IMG/VR virus record: IMGVR_UViG_3300020212_000062
Coordinates: 1 to 45,052 of that record
Source: a virus
DNA: 45,052 bases
Strand: one strand, 5' to 3'
Shown here: positions 40,675 through 45,052 of the stretch, piece by piece
Numbering within the stretch: position 1 is the first letter of the stretch
Layout of the letters: every line of letters starts with the position of its first letter
Notes under the pieces: model-generated
Told to the model about the DNA's origin: nothing
Database searches by the model: none
Seen by the model: the letters and a program-made list of their open reading frames with translations, nothing else
Translations under genes and position numbers: made by a program

Positions 40675-41603
40675 ACGCACCCACCGCAACCCCTATCGCC
40701 CAAGCCGTTGCCGAGCTGGTCAAGCCGCAGGAAGTGATCGCCGCCGAGCGCCAGGCCCAGGCCGCGATCGACGGCGCACGCCTGCTGGTGATCGACTCCC
40801 GCGAAGGCTACGAGGCGGCCGCCGATGACCTGCAGTCGCTGAAGGATCGTTTTCGTGCCGTCGAGGCGCAGCGCGTCCACCTGAAGGAGCCATTCCTGGA
40901 AGGCGGCCGCCGCGTTGACGCCTTTTTCAAGGTGCCCCTTGACCGCCTGAAGGAGGCGGCCGATATCGTCTCCCGCGGCATGCTCGACTATGACCGCCGC
41001 GAACAGGAACGCCTGCGGAAGGAGCGCGAGGAAGCCGACCGGAAGGAGCGCGAGCGCCTGGCGGAAGTGAAGCGCCAGCAGGAGGAGGCGGACAAGGCCG
41101 CGCGCCAGGCCGCTGAAGCCCAGGCCGCTGCGGACAAGGCCGCGCGGCAGGCCGCTGAAGCCGCCCAGGCCGCCACCGATGCCGCTGCCCAGGAAGCGGC
41201 ACAGGCAGCTGCCGCTGCCGCTGAAGCTGCAGCCGCTGAAGCTGCAGCCGCGACCCAGGCCGCCCAGGCCCAGGCGGTGCAGGTCCAGGAAACGGTCGAC
41301 CTGCTGGCCGTGACGCCGGCCGCACCGGTGGCCACGTCGCAGGCGCGCGCTGCAGGCACGTCCACCGTGCGCACCTGGAAGGCCGTAAGCATCGACCTGC
41401 GCGAGCTGGTGTTGGGTGCGGCCAAGGCCATCCAGGAAGGCAGCGAGCGCGCGGACGAACTGCTGTCCTACCTGCAGGCCAACGAAAGCGCGCTGAACGC
41501 CACCGCCAAGGGCCTGAAGGGCGCAGCGCGCGTGCCTGGCGTCCTGTTCGGAGAGTCGGCGAGCATCCGCGCCTCCAGCCGCGGCAAGGGCCGCGCGGGC
41601 TGA
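40671..41603 (+). CDS. Hypothetical coiled-coil protein with an Ala/Gln/Glu-rich repeat core (DUF1351-like by position)
   Basis: ATGA overlap start at 40671. Contains 42-nt and 15-nt tandem repeats at about 41088-41249. Confidence 0.55.
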   Translation: MNAPTATPIAQAVAELVKPQEVIAAERQAQAAIDGARLLVIDSREGYEAAADDLQSLKDRFRAVEAQRVHLKEPFLEGGRRVDAFFKVPLDRLKEAADIVSRGMLDYDRREQERLRKEREEADRKERERLAEVKRQQEEADKAARQAAEAQAAADKAARQAAEAAQAATDAAAQEAAQAAAAAAEAAAAEAAAATQAAQAQAVQVQETVDLLAVTPAAPVATSQARAAGTSTVRTWKAVSIDLRELVLGAAKAIQEGSERADELLSYLQANESALNATAKGLKGAARVPGVLFGESASIRASSRGKGRAG

Positions 41604-41657
41604 CAATGACGGGGCGCCGGCAGCGGCGCCCCTACAACCTGGACGGAGAAAATCAAC

Positions 41658-42164
41658 ATGGCACGCGGCATCAACAAGGTGATCCTGGTGGGGAACCTGG
41701 GGAATGACCCCGATGTGAAGTACACCCAGGGCGGGATGTGCATCACCCGCATTTCGCTGGCCACCACCAGCGTGCGCAAGGCGCGCGACGGGGAAATGCA
41801 GGAGCGCACCGAGTGGCACCGGGTGGTGTTCTTCGGGAAGCTGGGCGAAATCGCCGGCGAGTACCTGCGCAAGGGCAGCTCGGTGTACGTCGAGGGGGCC
41901 CTGCGCTACGACAAGTACACCGGCCAGGACGGGGTGGAGAAGTACACCACCGACATTGTGGCCGACGAAATGCAGATGCTCGGCGGCCGCGTGAGCGGTG
42001 AAGGGAGCCAGGACCGGCCCCAGCGACAGCGCCAGCCTGCGCAGGCGCCCCGCCAGGAGTACGGGCAGGGCGGTGGTGGCGGGTACAGCCAGGCGGCCGG
42101 CACAGGCTCATACAGTGCGCCGCCGCCTATGGATGACTTCGCCGACGACGACATTCCGTTTTAG
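41658..42164 (+). CDS. ssb: Single-stranded DNA-binding protein
   Basis: MARGINKVILVGNLGNDPDVKYTQGG...TEWHRVVFFGKLGEIAGEYLRKGSSVYVEG... with a Gly/Gln-rich tail ending in DDDIPF. Confidence 0.95.
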   Translation: MARGINKVILVGNLGNDPDVKYTQGGMCITRISLATTSVRKARDGEMQERTEWHRVVFFGKLGEIAGEYLRKGSSVYVEGALRYDKYTGQDGVEKYTTDIVADEMQMLGGRVSGEGSQDRPQRQRQPAQAPRQEYGQGGGGGYSQAAGTGSYSAPPPMDDFADDDIPF

Positions 42165-42172
42165 GGGGCACC

Positions 42173-42487
42173 GTGGCCACAACCTTCACCCGCGGCCAGC
42201 TGGTCCGCTGGCACACCCAGGGCAACGGCAGTCGCGTGAACCACGTTGGGGTCGTGGTGCTGCAGGTGCCCGCCGGCGTGCCGCTGGGGCCGCTCATGGA
42301 CAGCCTGCAGAAACGCTACAACACCCGGGCCATCGTCGGCCGCGGGCCCAGGTCGGAAACGTCCTACCTGGTCGCCCGCACCGGCGGCCGCGGCCTGGCC
42401 AAACTCCACTGGCCGCACGCCGCGGCCATCCGCCCTTATGAGGATCCGTGCAATGCGACAGACGAAACGCCGCCCCTTGTGGGCTGA
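42173..42487 (+). CDS. Hypothetical protein (104 aa)
   Basis: GTG start 9 nt after the ssb stop. Protein-like composition. Confidence 0.5.
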   Translation: MATTFTRGQLVRWHTQGNGSRVNHVGVVVLQVPAGVPLGPLMDSLQKRYNTRAIVGRGPRSETSYLVARTGGRGLAKLHWPHAAAIRPYEDPCNATDETPPLVG

Positions 42488-42536
42488 TGTGGTCACCCTG
42501 GTGCTGGTCGGCCTGGCCATCATGGTGAAGTGGTGA
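42453..42536 (+). CDS. 27-aa hydrophobic micro-protein
   Basis: gagga lies about 8 nt before the ATG at 42453. MRQTKRRPLWADVVTLVLVGLAIMVKW. Confidence 0.35.
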   Translation: MRQTKRRPLWADVVTLVLVGLAIMVKW

Positions 42537-42841
42537 GCGCCTACGGCCCCGGGATGCCGCCGCGGAATCCGGCCGCGGAAGCCAGGCGAGTGCAGCAGGA
42601 GCTGCAACGCCACCAGCGCCGGCTGCTGATGCGGCAGCAGGTCGAGGCATCGGCCGTTGGCCTGCTGGAGCTGGCCAGGATCGTGGGCGCGGTGCTGCTG
42701 GTGCTGGATCTGCACGGGCTCACGCCGGTGCCGATGCTGGCCAGCCTGGTGCTGGCCTTTGCCCCCAACCTGGCCAGCTTGGCCAGCCTGGCCTGGGTGC
42801 TGTACCGAGCCCGGCGCGCTCGCCGCCTCGGCGATCGGTAA
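42530..42841 (+). CDS. Membrane protein (103 aa)
   Basis: Hydrophobic segments VGLLELARIVGAVLLVLDL and MLASLVLAFAPNLASLASLAWVLY. The start could instead be the ATG at 42554. Confidence 0.5.
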   Translation: MVSAYGPGMPPRNPAAEARRVQQELQRHQRRLLMRQQVEASAVGLLELARIVGAVLLVLDLHGLTPVPMLASLVLAFAPNLASLASLAWVLYRARRARRLGDR

Positions 42842-42848
42842 CTGCAGC

Positions 42849-42871
42849 GGTGCCGGCGCTATGCCGGCACC
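42849..42871. terminator. 9-bp-stem hairpin at the convergent junction of the recombination operon and the tail operon
   Basis: GGTGCCGGC-gctat-GCCGGCACC. There is no U-run on either strand. The minus-strand stop codon lies in the loop. Confidence 0.35.
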
Positions 42872-43353
42872 GTCGACAGCTTGTCGAGGATCACGGCGTT
42901 TTGGTTCACGCCGCCGTCCGGGTCGAACGCCACCACGTAGTAGGACGCGGCGTCAGGCATCAAATCCTTGAAGCGATAGAACCCGTTCGCATCGGTCTTG
43001 GTTGTGGCGATCGCCACACCATTGGCCCGGTAATGCAGGCGCACACGGCACAGGTAAACCGGGGTGTCGTTGCCCTCATCGTCGCGCTGGTAGACGTGAC
43101 CCTCAATCTTGAAATCAGGAAGCGGCAGCGTGCCGATGGGGCGCGACCCCCACCACGTTGGGGTAAAAATGGTTCGCCGCGTAAGGTCGATGTATTTAGT
43201 TGTCTGTAACGTGGTGAACCACGGTACAAACAGCACGGGGATGAATCGTGAAATGACCCTGCCAGGAATCTGGCCCGGTCCAACAAACCGGGCCGAAATC
43301 AACGGCAGGCGCGCACCTTTCGGCAGTCCAGCGATCGCGCCAAGGTCTGCCAT
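42859..43353 (-). CDS. Tail-associated protein with a carboxypeptidase-regulatory-like (Ig-like) C-terminal domain
   Basis: ...VRLHYRANGVAIATTKTDANGFYRFKDLMPDAASYYVVAFDP... fits the CarboxypepD_reg pattern. Confidence 0.55.
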   Translation of the reverse strand: MADLGAIAGLPKGARLPLISARFVGPGQIPGRVISRFIPVLFVPWFTTLQTTKYIDLTRRTIFTPTWWGSRPIGTLPLPDFKIEGHVYQRDDEGNDTPVYLCRVRLHYRANGVAIATTKTDANGFYRFKDLMPDAASYYVVAFDPDGGVNQNAVILDKLSTVPA

Positions 43354-44315
43354 TACGTTCCCCAGGTGTCGCTAATTTCGATCGCGGCGCGCGCGGTGTA
43401 GTGCTGCCATACAAGAAAATTCTTTCCGGCGAGCTGACCCTGTCCGGCGAAGTTGTCAAGCCTCGCAAGGCCACGCTGCAGCGGAACCCACACACCAGGA
43501 AGCGTGCCGCGAATTGCTGCGGCATTGGACCCGCCTGGCTGATGAACCCACACAGGTGACATGTAGAGCGCGCCGTCAGGGCCATGCGGATACTGCAAAT
43601 AGCTGTTGTCCGATCCCCAATCCGTAACGCCGGATTTGACGTAGTCGTGGTGCCATCCGCCTTGGATTTCTCCGCCGATACCGGTGTAAGCACGCGGCAT
43701 ATACAGGCCGGATCGGGCGCTGGACACGTTTACCGAGTCCATCGGCCAGATTTGCGAGCTGTTCCCGCTGGTCGCCGTCTCGCCAAGAATAATCGTTGCA
43801 TAGGCGTCATTGGGTCCGGTGTTCTGCAGGTCGCCGAACATGAAAATCTCAGAGTAGTACCCTGGGCTGCTATTCCACTGTTCCGGGTACGTCTGAATCA
43901 TGAAAATCATGAACGATTCGCTTGCAACAACCCACCACTGGCGAGGGTTTGAATCAGTCGAGCCGGAATATTTCTTGTACCAAAACAACCCATTCGGCAA
44001 GCGACTGGGCGCGGGGAACGGACCATTTCCGGTGTTTACGTCGGTCATGGTTTCGTAGCCGCGCACCTTGGCGCTGGGATAGCTGGTGTTCGTATCCACC
44101 GGCTCCTCAATCCGCAGATACATGCCATTGGATCCAGCGCCGGTCTTGAACGCGGCCACGTTGGTGCCGGTAAACGGCTTCGTCCAGCCGGCGCCTGCCT
44201 TGCTGCCGTAGCCGGTGACCAGGCACTTGTCCATCAAGTTGATGATATCGCCGGCGGTGTTGCCGCGAACTGCAGGCGCTCCGGGATCTGCGGATGAATA
44301 AACGCGAACGGTCAT
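43353..44315 (-). CDS. Virion tail-associated protein, paralogue family member 3 (receptor-binding candidate)
   Basis: 320 aa. C-terminus ARLDNFAGQGQLAGKNFLVWQH is related to 5628..6572 and 6579..8153. Lies in a visibly more A/T-rich stretch. Confidence 0.6.
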   Translation of the reverse strand: MTVRVYSSADPGAPAVRGNTAGDIINLMDKCLVTGYGSKAGAGWTKPFTGTNVAAFKTGAGSNGMYLRIEEPVDTNTSYPSAKVRGYETMTDVNTGNGPFPAPSRLPNGLFWYKKYSGSTDSNPRQWWVVASESFMIFMIQTYPEQWNSSPGYYSEIFMFGDLQNTGPNDAYATIILGETATSGNSSQIWPMDSVNVSSARSGLYMPRAYTGIGGEIQGGWHHDYVKSGVTDWGSDNSYLQYPHGPDGALYMSPVWVHQPGGSNAAAIRGTLPGVWVPLQRGLARLDNFAGQGQLAGKNFLVWQHYTARAAIEISDTWGT

Positions 44316-44322
44316 GGTTGCC

Positions 44323-44490
44323 TCACATAGGGATAAAGATCAGAAAATTGGTCTGCAGGATCAGGTCGCCGGCGTCGTCATCGTCGGCACCGAAAATCAG
44401 GTCTGCAGCATCGGGAAGCGGCGAGACGTAGGGTTTACCCCTGAAAACCAGGTCGGCCGCATCGGGCAGTGGTGGTGTGTACTCGCTCAC
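44323..44490 (-). CDS. 55-aa acidic repeat-containing micro-protein (not in the ORF track)
   Basis: GTGA overlap with the tail fibre stop. My translation is MSEYTPPLPDAADLVFRGKPYVSPLPDAADLIFGADDDDAGDLILQTNFLIFIPM. The underlying DNA repeat has a 51-nt period. Confidence 0.45.
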   Translation of the reverse strand: MSEYTPPLPDAADLVFRGKPYVSPLPDAADLIFGADDDDAGDLILQTNFLIFIPM

Positions 44491-45052
44491 GTTCCAGGGA
44501 TACCTCGCGTCAGCGCGATCAGGTCATAGCGCGAATCGGTGCCATCGTATCGGAAGCCCAGCAGGTCGGAGACGTTGGCGCCCAGGCTAGGGTTGTACGA
44601 CGGGATATTCAGATTGAACCGCATCACCAGCACCGGCAGGGCGATGGTATGGCCGCCGGCACTGTCCTGGCGGATCTTCAGCATGCAGCCCTGCCCATTG
44701 CGCGCCCCGGTGAAAGTGAAAGTGGTGTCGGTGGTGACGGTCACCCGGATTTCGTCGTATGCGTCCCAATCGCAGGCCACCGTGCCGGTGCCGCTGTTGG
44801 CGATCACCTGCACACGGCGATCGGCGGAGATACCCGCCGGGCCCTGCTCGCCTCGGTCGCCTTTCTCGCCCTTCAGGCTGGCCAACCACTGCGCCTGGGT
44901 ACCCGCAAAGCCGTTGGCCACCGCGACCTGGTAGGCCGACAGGCCCTGCGGCCCTTGCGGGCCAGTTGAACCGGTCGGCCCACGATCGCCCTGCGGACCC
45001 TTCAGCGAGACGCCGGCGGGCCAAGCGCCGTTGACCTTGGGCCCGTACAGGA
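44487..45052 (-). CDS. Tail fibre protein, C-terminal part (continuation of 317..1 across the circular junction)
   Basis: The frame of ORF 44487..44921 stays open upstream to the window edge. Collagen-like G-X-Y runs: GPQGDRGPTGSTGPQGPQG and KGEKGDRGEQGPAG. Joined to 1..317 the gene is 828 nt (275 aa). Confidence 0.75.
   Translation of the reverse strand, partial: LYGPKVNGAWPAGVSLKGPQGDRGPTGSTGPQGPQGLSAYQVAVANGFAGTQAQWLASLKGEKGDRGEQGPAGISADRRVQVIANSGTGTVACDWDAYDEIRVTVTTDTTFTFTGARNGQGCMLKIRQDSAGGHTIALPVLVMRFNLNIPSYNPSLGANVSDLLGFRYDGTDSRYDLIALTRGIPGT
44998..45052. repeat. Terminal 55-bp direct repeat, copy 2
   Basis: Identical to bases 1-55. Confidence 0.9.

Noticed and set aside
41088-41249. 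Tandem 42-nt and 15-nt DNA repeats (gcggacaaggccgcgcg.caggccgctgaagcc x2; gctgaagctgcagcc x2)
   Set aside because: They lie in frame within an Ala/Gln/Glu-rich coiled-coil segment (ADKAARQAAEAQAA x2, AEAAA x2) of 40671..41603. This is most simply low-complexity protein-coding repetition and not a regulatory element. It could be length-variable between isolates.
44487-45052. A diversity-generating retroelement, suggested by the Mtd_N-type N-terminus of the tail fibre
   Set aside because: No reverse transcriptase ORF was found. I found no template/variable repeat pair and no C-type-lectin-like C-terminus. The Mtd_N-like domain is widespread in ordinary fibres.

Overview
The window is one complete, circularly closed genome of a high-G+C tailed dsDNA phage. 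Bases 1-55 and 44998-45052 are identical, so the unique unit is 44,997 bp, and a tail-fibre gene runs across the junction. The layout below was read from the translated ORFs. Minus strand, in transcription order: (1) an early/replication block with a Cro-like regulator, an O/DnaD+DnaT-type initiator containing an internal iteron origin, RusA, a KTSC protein, several Zn-finger unknowns, a Ref-like nuclease and a Mor-type late activator; (2) a lysis cassette with an M15 endolysin, two membrane proteins and overlapped i-/o-spanins; (3) a ~600-bp structured non-coding spacer with tandem terminators; (4) a ParB-like gene, terminase and Mu-like head genes (DUF935 portal, MuF, protease-scaffold, DUF2190, major capsid, DUF1320, gpG-like); (5) a non-contractile tail module with tube, G/GT chaperone carrying a TTTTTTC -1 slippery site, 1007-aa tape measure, BR0599 hub, gpI-like protein, J-like protein and a collagen-like fibre. 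Plus strand: an Erf / PD-(D/E)XK exonuclease / SSB recombination operon (39140-42841) and a self-contained cassette of 12 small unknown genes (17806-21721). That cassette sits antisense in the middle of the head operon with its own promoter-like element and terminator. It is my best candidate for an undescribed accessory (anti-defence or host-takeover) system. I recognised no integrase, transposase, CI-type repressor, tRNA or CRISPR array. All functional calls rest on motif recognition by eye, not on database searches.
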